This document shows positions 54,600-62,780 of a stretch of DNA of 64,000 nt, piece by piece (within the stretch, counting starts at the first letter, position 1; every line of letters starts with the position of its first letter). The DNA comes from Deltaproteobacteria bacterium (GTDB taxonomy: Bacteria > Myxococcota_A > UBA9160 > UBA6930): the NCBI GenBank assembly GCA_031401135.1, contig JANNRF010000345.1, forward strand, positions 729-64,728, in the 5' to 3' direction. The position numbers and the translations under genes were made by a program. Below the pieces are notes generated by a model. It saw only the letters and a program-made list of their open reading frames with translations, had not been told where the DNA came from and did no database searches.

Positions 54600-55286
54600 G
54601 TGCGCCGCATGCGCCTCGCGAAGCCCTGCATCGATGTCGGCATTCTCACCAATCGCGGCGAGGAGCAGCTGGCGTTCTGGCAGCGCGAGGTGGGCTTGCC
54701 GTTCGAGGAGCGGCTGCCCGTGCGGCGCGGTTTCGCGCAGATGCGTCACGGCATGAATGGCTCGGTGTTCAAGCTGAACGTGGTGAAGGAGCCGGTGCCT
54801 GATAACCCGCGCGCGGGGTACCGCGAACTGTGGATCGCGCGCGAAGGAGTCGCTGCACCGCGCGCGCTCGAGGATTCGGACGGGAACCGCGTCGTGCTCG
54901 TGCCGCCGGGGCATCAGGGCATTACGGGCATCGGCGTCGTGCTCACGGTGCGCGATGCGGCTGCGCATCGTCGCTTCTACACGCACACACTCGGGCTCGC
55001 GGAAACCGCGCCCGGCGCGTTTTGCTGCGGCACTTCGCTGTTCTTCGTGCGCGAGGATGCCAGCGCGCGCGGCGACGCTTCGCGCGACGGGCTCGGCTAC
55101 CGCTACACGACCATCCAAGTGTGGGACTGCAACGCCGAGCACGCTGGCGTGCTCGCCCGCGGCGGCGCGGAGGGCGCGCCGGCGATCACACTCGGTGAGA
55201 CGGCGCGCTTTTCGTTCGTGCGCGATCCCGACGGCAACTGGATCGAGATTTCGCAGCGCGCCTCGCTCACCGGCCCGCTGCCTTAG
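54600..55286 (+). CDS. VOC (glyoxalase) family protein, two-domain
   Basis: GTG 54600 (alternative ATG 54609). FVRDPDGNWIEI C-terminal motif. Confidence 0.75.
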   Translation: MRRMRLAKPCIDVGILTNRGEEQLAFWQREVGLPFEERLPVRRGFAQMRHGMNGSVFKLNVVKEPVPDNPRAGYRELWIAREGVAAPRALEDSDGNRVVLVPPGHQGITGIGVVLTVRDAAAHRRFYTHTLGLAETAPGAFCCGTSLFFVREDASARGDASRDGLGYRYTTIQVWDCNAEHAGVLARGGAEGAPAITLGETARFSFVRDPDGNWIEISQRASLTGPLP

Positions 55287-55302
55287 TGACGAGCGCGGCC
55301 TA

Positions 55303-56235
55303 ATGGCATCCGCGTTGCCCGAAGCCGCAGCCGCGCTCGCCGCGCCGGGCTGGCTGTGGATCCCGATCACGATCGCGGCCGCGCTCGCGCAGAACCTGCG
55401 CACTGCGGTGCAGCGCAAACTGAAGGGCGTGCTCTCCACGAATGGCGCGAACTACACGCGCTTCGTGTTCGGCGTGCCGCTCGCGGCGAGCTATCTGGCG
55501 GCGCTTGCGTTGTTAGGCGATATCGAGCTCGCACGGCCCAACGCACGCTTCCTCGTCTCGGTGACGCTCGGCGGCATCGCGCAGATCCTCGGCACCTCGG
55601 CGCTGCTCGAGGCAATGGCGCGCCGCAACTTCGCCGCGGGCATCGCGTTCTCGAAGACCGAGGCGGTGCAGGCCGCGCTCTTCGAGGTGTTCGTACTGGG
55701 AGCCGCGCTCTCTGAGGGGGGCGCGCTCGCGATCGCGGTCGCCACCGCGGGCGTGCTGCTGATCTCGCTCGCGCGTCCGGGCGAGACGGGCCTGCGCGAT
55801 TCCGCGCTCTGGCTCGGCGTCGCGTCGGGCGGGCTCTACGCGATCTCGGCAGTGGGCTTCCGCTCGGCGTCGCTCGCGCTCGCGCACCCGTCGTACCTGA
55901 TGAGTGCGGCCACCGTGTTGCTCTTCGCGCAGACCCTGCAAACTGTGCTGCTGGGCGGCTGGCTGTTATGGCGCGAGCCCGGGCAACTCGCAGCCGTGCG
56001 CGCGAACTGGCGCGTCGCGAGCCTCGCGGGGCTCACCGGCACGCTCGCCAGCGCGGGCTGGTTCACCGCGATGACGCTCACAGTGGCGGCCTACGTGCGC
56101 ACGCTCGGGCTGGTGGAGTTGCTGTTCACGTTCGCGATCGGCCGCATCGTGTTTCGCGAGACCCCCGCGCCACGCGAACTCGCGGGCGCGCTGCTGCTAG
56201 CGGTTGGCATTGCGCTGCTGCTGAACGCGAGCTGA
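55303..56235 (+). CDS. EamA/DMT-family transporter
   Basis: ATG 55303 inside track ORF 54955..56235. About 10 hydrophobic segments. 310 aa. Confidence 0.8.
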   Translation: MASALPEAAAALAAPGWLWIPITIAAALAQNLRTAVQRKLKGVLSTNGANYTRFVFGVPLAASYLAALALLGDIELARPNARFLVSVTLGGIAQILGTSALLEAMARRNFAAGIAFSKTEAVQAALFEVFVLGAALSEGGALAIAVATAGVLLISLARPGETGLRDSALWLGVASGGLYAISAVGFRSASLALAHPSYLMSAATVLLFAQTLQTVLLGGWLLWREPGQLAAVRANWRVASLAGLTGTLASAGWFTAMTLTVAAYVRTLGLVELLFTFAIGRIVFRETPAPRELAGALLLAVGIALLLNAS

Positions 56236-56271
56236 GCGCGCTGGCGCTCGGTCGCAAGCGGTCGCGAGCCG

Positions 56272-56320
56272 ACAGCGCAGAGAGGCAGCGGGGTCTGACC
56301 CCGCTGCCTCTCTGCGCTGT
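56272..56320 (+). terminator. Perfect 22-bp stem hairpin after the transporter gene
   Basis: ACAGCGCAGAGAGGCAGCGGGG (56272-56293), loop TCTGA, CCCCGCTGCCTCTCTGCGCTGT (56299-56320). No U-tract follows. Confidence 0.55.
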
Positions 56321-56445
56321 GCGGTTGCGTCCGCCTCCGCCTCCGCTTCTGTCGCGGCGTGCGCGAGAGGCGCAGGAAGAGGTCTGCGCGGGCCTGCGCC
56401 GTTACTTGCACTCTTCGGGCGCGCTCTCGCGATAGATTGCGCGGC

Positions 56446-57291
56446 ATGTCGCAACCGCGTCCGCTCGTGAGCGGAATTGTCACTTGCTTCAACGAGGAGC
56501 GGCACCTGCACGCCTGCCTCGAGAGCCTCGCTTGGTGCGACGAGATCGTGGTGCTCGATTCGTTCTCGACCGACCACTCGGCCGAGATCGCGAAGAGCTT
56601 CCCGAACGTGCGCTTCTTCGAGCGCACCTATTACGGCGCCGCCGCCGCCAAGAACTTCGCGCTCGACCAGGCGCGCCACGCCTGGCGCTTCATCCTCGAT
56701 TCCGATGAGCGCTGCACCCCCGAGTTGCAGCGCGAGATCGAGGCACTGCTGGGCAGGGGGCCGGCGCACGGGGCCTACACCGTGAAGCGCCGCTGCTTCT
56801 TCCTCGGCCGCGAGATTCGCTTCTCAGGTTGGCAGCGCGACCGCGTGGTACGCCTCATCCAAGCCGGCGCCGCCCGCCACGCGAACGCACGCGTGCACCC
56901 CAAAGTGCTCGTGCAAGGCGCAGCGCCGCTGCTCGCGAGCCCGATCCTCCACTACATGATCGAGGACTTTCACGAGTACTCGCAGCGCATGCTCAAGTAC
57001 GGTTATTGGGGCGCAGCGCAGGCGTGGCGCGACGGCACGCGCGCGCACTCCTTCGCCGATGTCTGGTTCCGCCCCGTCTGGCGCTTCTTCCGCAGCTACG
57101 TGCTCCAGCTCGGCTTCCTCGACGGTGGCGTCGGCATCACGTTCTGCATGTGTCAGGCATTCGCGACGTACACGAAGTGGTCGCTGCTGTGGAGCTGGCA
57201 GCTCGACGCCGCGCGCGGCCGCGAACCGCAGCTGCCCGCGTTCGACGAGCGCGAGGAGACCTGGCGGGGAGCGGAAGCCGCGCGCGAGTAG
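56446..57291 (+). CDS. Family 2 glycosyltransferase (LPS-core type)
   Basis: ATG 56446. VSGIVTCFNEERHL, VVLDSFSTD, LDSDE (DxD) motifs. Confidence 0.85.
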   Translation: MSQPRPLVSGIVTCFNEERHLHACLESLAWCDEIVVLDSFSTDHSAEIAKSFPNVRFFERTYYGAAAAKNFALDQARHAWRFILDSDERCTPELQREIEALLGRGPAHGAYTVKRRCFFLGREIRFSGWQRDRVVRLIQAGAARHANARVHPKVLVQGAAPLLASPILHYMIEDFHEYSQRMLKYGYWGAAQAWRDGTRAHSFADVWFRPVWRFFRSYVLQLGFLDGGVGITFCMCQAFATYTKWSLLWSWQLDAARGREPQLPAFDEREETWRGAEAARE

Positions 57292-57313
57292 CGGCTCGAC
57301 GGATCGCGGAACT

Positions 57314-57529
57314 TCACGCCTCTTCGACGATCTTCAGCGCCCGATTCGGGCAGTAGCGCACCGCCGCTTCCACCTGCGCGCGCGTCGCTTCGGGGAACGG
57401 ATCGAGCAACAGCTGCGCCTGCCCATAATCACCCGCGCGTTCGACTACGAGAAACACGTCTGGCGCCTCGCCCATGCACACGCCGTGACCCTGGCAGAGA
57501 TCGCGGTCGATCAGCACGCGCAGCTTCAT
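57314..57529 (-). CDS. Ferredoxin (single-cluster, P450 partner type)
   Basis: ATG 57529 in an ATGA overlap with the P450 stop. IDRDLCQGHGVCMGEAPDVF...YCP. 71 aa. Confidence 0.85.
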   Translation of the reverse strand: MKLRVLIDRDLCQGHGVCMGEAPDVFLVVERAGDYGQAQLLLDPFPEATRAQVEAAVRYCPNRALKIVEEA

Positions 57530-58854
57530 CGCACGCGTCTCCTGTAGCTGAGCCGGCACGGCTCGCTGGTACGCAGAATCAACGACGGCATCTCGTCGCG
57601 GTAACTCTCGGGCGCGTCCACCAATGCGAACTCGTAGCGCGCGAGCAGCGCCGTGAAGATCGCCTTCACTTGTAGCAGCGCGAACGCGTTGCCCACGCAC
57701 TTGCGCCTGCCAGCGCCGAACGGGATGTACGCGAAGACGTTCTCAGGGAACGCGCGCTCGGGGTCGAAGCGCTCAGGGTCGGGGTAGTGCTCGGGAATGC
57801 GGTGTGCGACGTAGGGCGAGACCACGATCGTCGCGCCACTCGGGATTACGGCGCCCTTGAACGTGAAATCGCGCTTCACGAGCCGCATCAGCGTGACGAG
57901 CGGCGGGTGGATGCGCAGCACCTCGAACACGAAGCGCTCGAGCGCGGGCAACTCGCGCAGCGCTGCGTGCCCGAGCTCGCCGCCCGGCGCGTAGACGGAA
58001 TCCACTTCGCGGACGAGGCGCGCGGCGTGCTGCGGGTGACGCGCGAGCTCGACGATCGTCCAGGTCGCGGTGTTCGAGCTGGTGTGAAAGCCCGCGAACA
58101 TGATCCAGATGACCATGCCCACGATCTCGTCGTCTCTGAGCCGCCGCCCGTCGAGATAGGCCGCTTCCATGAACGACTGCAACATGTCGGGCGACTGCGC
58201 GCCGGTGCGGCGCCGCTCCTCGATCACGGCCGTAATCAGTTCGACGAGCCGCGCTCGCGAGCGGTCGCGACGCGCAAACGCTTCCTGCTGGCCGTACGGA
58301 TCGAGGATCGACTCTGCCGAGACTGCGTGTTCGAGATCCTGATAAAGCGCGCCGAACTCGTCCGTCAGCTTCGCGCGGAACTCGCTGCCCATTAGGCAGT
58401 GCGTCGAGGTGCGCAGCACGAGCTCCTTCAGCTCGTCGTAGAAGTCCTTCTCGCCGGCATCGTCCCAACGCGCGACCCACTCCTCGACTTCGCGCGCGAT
58501 CACGCTCGCGTAGGCCTTCATGCGATCGAGGCGCAGCGCGTTCGCCTGCATCTTCACTTGCTGGCGCTCGAGTTCGAGCGGCGCGCCGAACTGAATGCCC
58601 TCGCCGAACACGGGCACCATGAACCGGTACGGCTCGGACGCCGAGAGCTGATCGTCCGGGGCGCGGAAGACGGCCTCCGATGCCTCGGGGCTGCTCAATA
58701 ACACGTGGCACGCCCCGCCCAGCTCGAACTCGGCGAACTCGCCGCACTCGCGGTAGGCGCGCAGCATGAAGTGCGCGGGGTGCGCGACGAACTCTTCGTA
58801 ATGCCCGCTGCCGGGCTTTGCGCCGGAGACGACCGGCCAGCCCGCGCCGCTCAC
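57526..58854 (-). CDS. cyp51: CYP51-like cytochrome P450 (sterol 14-alpha-demethylase family)
   Basis: GTG 58854 in a GTGA overlap with the upstream stop. Collinear with M. tuberculosis CYP51 as I recall it (VSG..GH.EEF..P, YPFM.P.FGEG, FAG.HTSS, IPFGAGR..CVG, YR......C...YRRR). Confidence 0.8.
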   Translation of the reverse strand: MSGAGWPVVSGAKPGSGHYEEFVAHPAHFMLRAYRECGEFAEFELGGACHVLLSSPEASEAVFRAPDDQLSASEPYRFMVPVFGEGIQFGAPLELERQQVKMQANALRLDRMKAYASVIAREVEEWVARWDDAGEKDFYDELKELVLRTSTHCLMGSEFRAKLTDEFGALYQDLEHAVSAESILDPYGQQEAFARRDRSRARLVELITAVIEERRRTGAQSPDMLQSFMEAAYLDGRRLRDDEIVGMVIWIMFAGFHTSSNTATWTIVELARHPQHAARLVREVDSVYAPGGELGHAALRELPALERFVFEVLRIHPPLVTLMRLVKRDFTFKGAVIPSGATIVVSPYVAHRIPEHYPDPERFDPERAFPENVFAYIPFGAGRRKCVGNAFALLQVKAIFTALLARYEFALVDAPESYRDEMPSLILRTSEPCRLSYRRRVR

Positions 58855-59724
58855 GCCACCGGCCTCGGCCGCACTCTCGGAAACTCGGGGTGCCGGAATG
58901 CGTCGCCTGGCTTCAGGCGGCCGGAGAGCAGCTGGAACACGCTCGTGGCCTTGGATTCGGGAATCGTCTTGTCGGTCAGGAACGGGCGCTGCGCGTAGCG
59001 CGCATCGGCCCCGAAGAACCGTAGTGACAACGTGCGCCGCCGCGCGCCCGCATGGGTGGCAGCGCCGCCGTGCAGGAGCCCGGGATGAAACACGACCGCG
59101 TCGCCCGGCTCGACGCCGAACGCCACGACGTCCCAACTTGTTGGGTCTCGCTGGCGCTCGGCCTCGATGTTCGGGAGCCGCGGCAGCGAGCCATCGCCGT
59201 AGATCGGCGTCGTGTCGTCAGCCGGATCGAACGCCGAGCCGTCGTACATCGGGCCGTTGTGCGAGCCGCGCACGAACTCGAGCGAGTGCTCGCGCGCCAC
59301 GGCGTCGAACGAGATCCACACCACCGCGATCTGCTCGCCGTCCACGGGCAGGTACGACGAATCCTGGTGCCATGGCGTGCGGCGCGTATCGCCGCCTTCT
59401 TTCAGGAATACCTGCTCGTACATGAACCACACGTCGGGCGCGTTCCAGAGCGCGGCGACGGCGTTCGGCGGCTGGCGTCGCGTGCACGAGATCGCGGTAG
59501 ACGGGCTGTGCGCTGCGGTTCGCGAGATCCTGATAGAAGCGGCCATCGCCGCCCGCATAGGTGTTCGCGCTCGGGCTCGGGTTCGCGAGGCTCCACTCGT
59601 AGGCGACGCGCGCGTCGGCGAGCTCGCGCTCGCCTAGCAGCCCACGCAGGCACACCACCCCATCACGCCGGAAGGTGGCGCGCATTGCGTCGTCGATGCG
59701 CGTTCCCGCGCTGCTCGCCGTCAC
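58851..59724 (-). pseudogene. Phytanoyl-CoA dioxygenase (PhyH) family gene split by a +1 frameshift near 59465-59480
   Basis: The N-terminal part is in track ORF 59218..59724 (...FYQDLANRSAQPVYRDLVHAT). The C-terminal part is in track ORF 58851..59558 (QPPNAVAALWNAPDVWFMYEQVFLKEGG..TPWHQDSSY...). Removing one C from ACGCCAG restores a single frame. Confidence 0.7.
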
Positions 59725-61658
59725 GAGAGCACGTAGTCCGCAGCGTCAACGCTGCGGGTTTCTTGCCAGTACTCGAGCAGCGTGAAGGGCCAGTTCTGCG
59801 CGACGCGCCCGCTCGCGCTCTTGTACCAGCTGCTCACTTTCGAGACTCCCCACACCATATTCCGGTTGCCCTCGTCGATGCGTTCGTTGTAGGCGTCGTG
59901 CACGTCCTGCTTGCACTCGAGCGAGCGCTTGCCGCTTTCGAGGAGCAGACGGATCGCGTTGACGATGTAGCGCGTCTCGCACTCCGAGAAGTAGATGATG
60001 CTGCCGTTCACCACGATGTTGGTGTTCGGGCCGTACATGAAGAAGAAGTTCGGGAAGTTCGGCGCGGTGAGGCCCAGGTAAGCCCGCGCGTTTCCGTCCC
60101 ACTGCTTGTGCAAATCCGCGCCGCCGCGGCCGAGCACCTGCATCGGCGTCAAGAACTTCGAGGCTTGGAAGCCGGTGGCGAAGACGATCACGTCCGCGGG
60201 GCGCTCGACGCAGTCCTGGCTGACGACCCCGTTCGCGGTGATCTCGCGAATGCCTTCGGTTATCAGGTTCACGTTGGGTCGCTTCAACGCCGCACACCAG
60301 ACGCCGTTGTCGACCAGGATGCGCTTGCTCGCGGGCGGATAGTTCGGCACGACCTTCGGGATTAGGTCGGGGCGGTCGGCGAGCTGCGCGCGCAGCGCCT
60401 CGGCGAGCAGCGCGCGCAACTCCTCGTTGCCCGCGCTCACGCTGTCCTCGTGCCCGGTCCAGGCGCGGTCGACGCGCACGCGCGGCAGAAACATGCCGTC
60501 GCCGGTGCGCCAGAACAGCCAGAAACGGTGCCAGTGCCCCGCGTGCGGCACGTGCGCGAACAGCCAGCGCTGGCCCGCTGGAATCTCGGCGTGGTAATCG
60601 GGCGCGGGCAACAGCCAGTTCGGCGTGCGCTGGTAGATGTCGAGCTGCGCCACCTGCTCGGCAATTACAGGCACGAACTGCGCAGCGGTCGCGCCAGTCC
60701 CAATCACTGCGACGCGCTTGCCCTTGAGGTCGACGCTGTGGTCCCAGCGCGCCGAATGAAACGACGGCCCACGGAAGCGATCTCGCCCCGCGATCTCGGG
60801 CAGCTTCGGCTGATTGAGCTGGCCGACAGCGCTGATCAGCGCGCTCGCTTCGATGAACTCCTCCGCGCCATCGGGCTTGCGCACACGAATGCGCCAAAGC
60901 GAGCGGTCCTCTTGCCACGCGGCCGAGAGCACCTCCGTCTTGAAACGGATCAGCTTGCGCAACTCGAAGCGCTCGGCGCACTCGCGGAAGTAGGCGAGCA
61001 GCGCGGGCTGGGTGGAATAATGATTCGGCCAGTCGGACTTTTGCGCGAACGAATACGAGAAGAACGAGTTCGCGACGTCGACGCGGCAGCCGGGGTAGGT
61101 GTTCTCGTACCAAGTTCCGCCCACTTCGTCGTTCTTCTCGAGCATCACGCAGGGCACGCCGGCTTGCGTGAGACGATGCGCCGCGAGCAGCCCCGACATG
61201 CCGGCGCCAATAATCACCACGCGGAAATCGCGGCCCGGCGCGAGCGCCTGCGCGTTCCAGTTCGGCGCGCGCAAATCGTTGTCGCCGACTGAGAGCTCCT
61301 CCTTCACGAGCGGCAGATACGGCTCGATCTCCGCCTCGGGCGAAATCCAGCGCAGGATGCCGCGCAGGAAATCGTCGCTCGGCATCGGCGGCGCGGGGCA
61401 GCCGGCGTCGCGGTACTTCGCGAGCACCGCGAGAGCGTGCGCGCGCGCTGCTTGCGCCGCCGCTTCGCCGCCCTCGAAGCCGCTCGGATCGCCGACCATC
61501 GACGAAGTATCAGGGCGCAAGTCGGCGCGCAGCACGCCGAGATCGCCCGTGATGTGCGCGAGCGCGGGCAACAGCGAGGGCAGGTGCGCCTCCGCCAGCG
61601 CGCGCGCGATCTCGTCGTTCGTTTCCGTAATGCGCTGCGCCGGGCGCGAGAGATCCAT
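59721..61658 (-). CDS. Flavin-dependent (Baeyer-Villiger/FMO-type) monooxygenase with an N-terminal extension of about 150 aa
   Basis: ATG 61658. VVIIGAGMSGLLAA FAD motif, GGTWYENTYPGCRVD, VAVIGTGATAAQ NADP motif. Confidence 0.88.
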   Translation of the reverse strand: MDLSRPAQRITETNDEIARALAEAHLPSLLPALAHITGDLGVLRADLRPDTSSMVGDPSGFEGGEAAAQAARAHALAVLAKYRDAGCPAPPMPSDDFLRGILRWISPEAEIEPYLPLVKEELSVGDNDLRAPNWNAQALAPGRDFRVVIIGAGMSGLLAAHRLTQAGVPCVMLEKNDEVGGTWYENTYPGCRVDVANSFFSYSFAQKSDWPNHYSTQPALLAYFRECAERFELRKLIRFKTEVLSAAWQEDRSLWRIRVRKPDGAEEFIEASALISAVGQLNQPKLPEIAGRDRFRGPSFHSARWDHSVDLKGKRVAVIGTGATAAQFVPVIAEQVAQLDIYQRTPNWLLPAPDYHAEIPAGQRWLFAHVPHAGHWHRFWLFWRTGDGMFLPRVRVDRAWTGHEDSVSAGNEELRALLAEALRAQLADRPDLIPKVVPNYPPASKRILVDNGVWCAALKRPNVNLITEGIREITANGVVSQDCVERPADVIVFATGFQASKFLTPMQVLGRGGADLHKQWDGNARAYLGLTAPNFPNFFFMYGPNTNIVVNGSIIYFSECETRYIVNAIRLLLESGKRSLECKQDVHDAYNERIDEGNRNMVWGVSKVSSWYKSASGRVAQNWPFTLLEYWQETRSVDAADYVLS

Positions 61659-61698
61659 CGTGTGCTCCGAGTGCGAAGGGAGGGTGATCGTCGCAGCT

Positions 61699-62661
61699 CT
61701 ACGCGCCCAGCTTCCAGTTCGCCTCCGCCACGAGCTTCTGCATGAACGCTTCGCCGTAGGCGTCCTCGGGCGCGGCGCGCACGAGGCGGTCGAGCACCTG
61801 CGCGTCGTTGCCAACGAGGATCCGCCAGCGTTCCTGGCGCACGCCGTCGAGGATCACGCTCGCGGCTTCAGCGGCGGTCATGGGCGCGTCGTCGCGGAAG
61901 CTGTCGCCGCCAGCGATTAGGGCGAGGCGGATCTGTTCGGGTGAGAGCCCCGCCACCGGCAGCCCCATGCGCGTCATGCGGTCGCGCGCCTCCGCGAGCT
62001 TCTCCTCGGGCAACTCCTTCGGATCGCGCCCGAGCACTTTGGCCGAGTTGATCACGATCGATGTCCCGATGTGCCCCGGCATCACCACCGACACTTTTAC
62101 GTGTGGCGCGTTGACGCGGAAATCATTGATCAGCGCTTCGCTGAAACCCTTCACCGCGAACTTCGCCGCGCTGTAGGCGCTGTGCGCGCTGCGCGGCCCG
62201 AGCGAGGCCCAGAAGCCGTTCACGCTGCTGGTGTTGATTAGGTGGCCTTCGGGCGCGGCGACGAGCATCGGCACGAACGCGCGCGCGACGAAGTACACGC
62301 CGTTCCAGCACACCGCGAAGGTCTTGTCCCACTCGTCGCGCGCGTCGCAGACGAAGCTGCCGCCGCCGCCGATGCCGGCGTTGTTGAAGACGAGGTGCAC
62401 GCACTCGGTGGCGTGCTCCTTCGCGACGGCATCGCGAAACGCGAGCACGCGCGCCTCGTCCGAGACATCCGCGACGAACGTCGTCACGCGCACGCCGCGG
62501 TTCTCGCGTGCGCACAGCGCCTTCGTCTGCTCCATGTTCTCGGCGCTCACGTCGCAGATCGCGATGTGGCAACCCTCCGCAGCCAGCTGACGCGCGAGCT
62601 CGCGCCCCATGCCCGTGCCGCCGCCCGTGATCACCGCGATTTTTCCGTCGAAGCGTTCCAT
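61699..62661 (-). CDS. SDR-family oxidoreductase
   Basis: 320 aa. AVITGGGTGMGRE, NNAG, YSAAK. Confidence 0.9.
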   Translation of the reverse strand: MERFDGKIAVITGGGTGMGRELARQLAAEGCHIAICDVSAENMEQTKALCARENRGVRVTTFVADVSDEARVLAFRDAVAKEHATECVHLVFNNAGIGGGGSFVCDARDEWDKTFAVCWNGVYFVARAFVPMLVAAPEGHLINTSSVNGFWASLGPRSAHSAYSAAKFAVKGFSEALINDFRVNAPHVKVSVVMPGHIGTSIVINSAKVLGRDPKELPEEKLAEARDRMTRMGLPVAGLSPEQIRLALIAGGDSFRDDAPMTAAEAASVILDGVRQERWRILVGNDAQVLDRLVRAAPEDAYGEAFMQKLVAEANWKLGA

Positions 62662-62727
62662 TTCTTTGTCCTCCAGAGCGTCGAAGCTTGCCTCGGCGCC
62701 GTGCTGTTAGCGAGACTCGCCCCCTTT

Positions 62728-62758
62728 CTCGCTGCGCGCGGCGAAGCCGCCGCTTGCG
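62728..62758 (+). repeat. REP-like repeat, copy 3 (variant)
   Basis: CTCGCTGCGCGCGGCGAAGC (62728-62747) is identical to the first 20 nt of the copies at 16631 and 40421, then continues CGCCGCTTGCG. It lies in a divergent intergenic region. Confidence 0.6.
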
Positions 62759-62780
62759 TTCGCCCCAGGAGAACTGCCAA

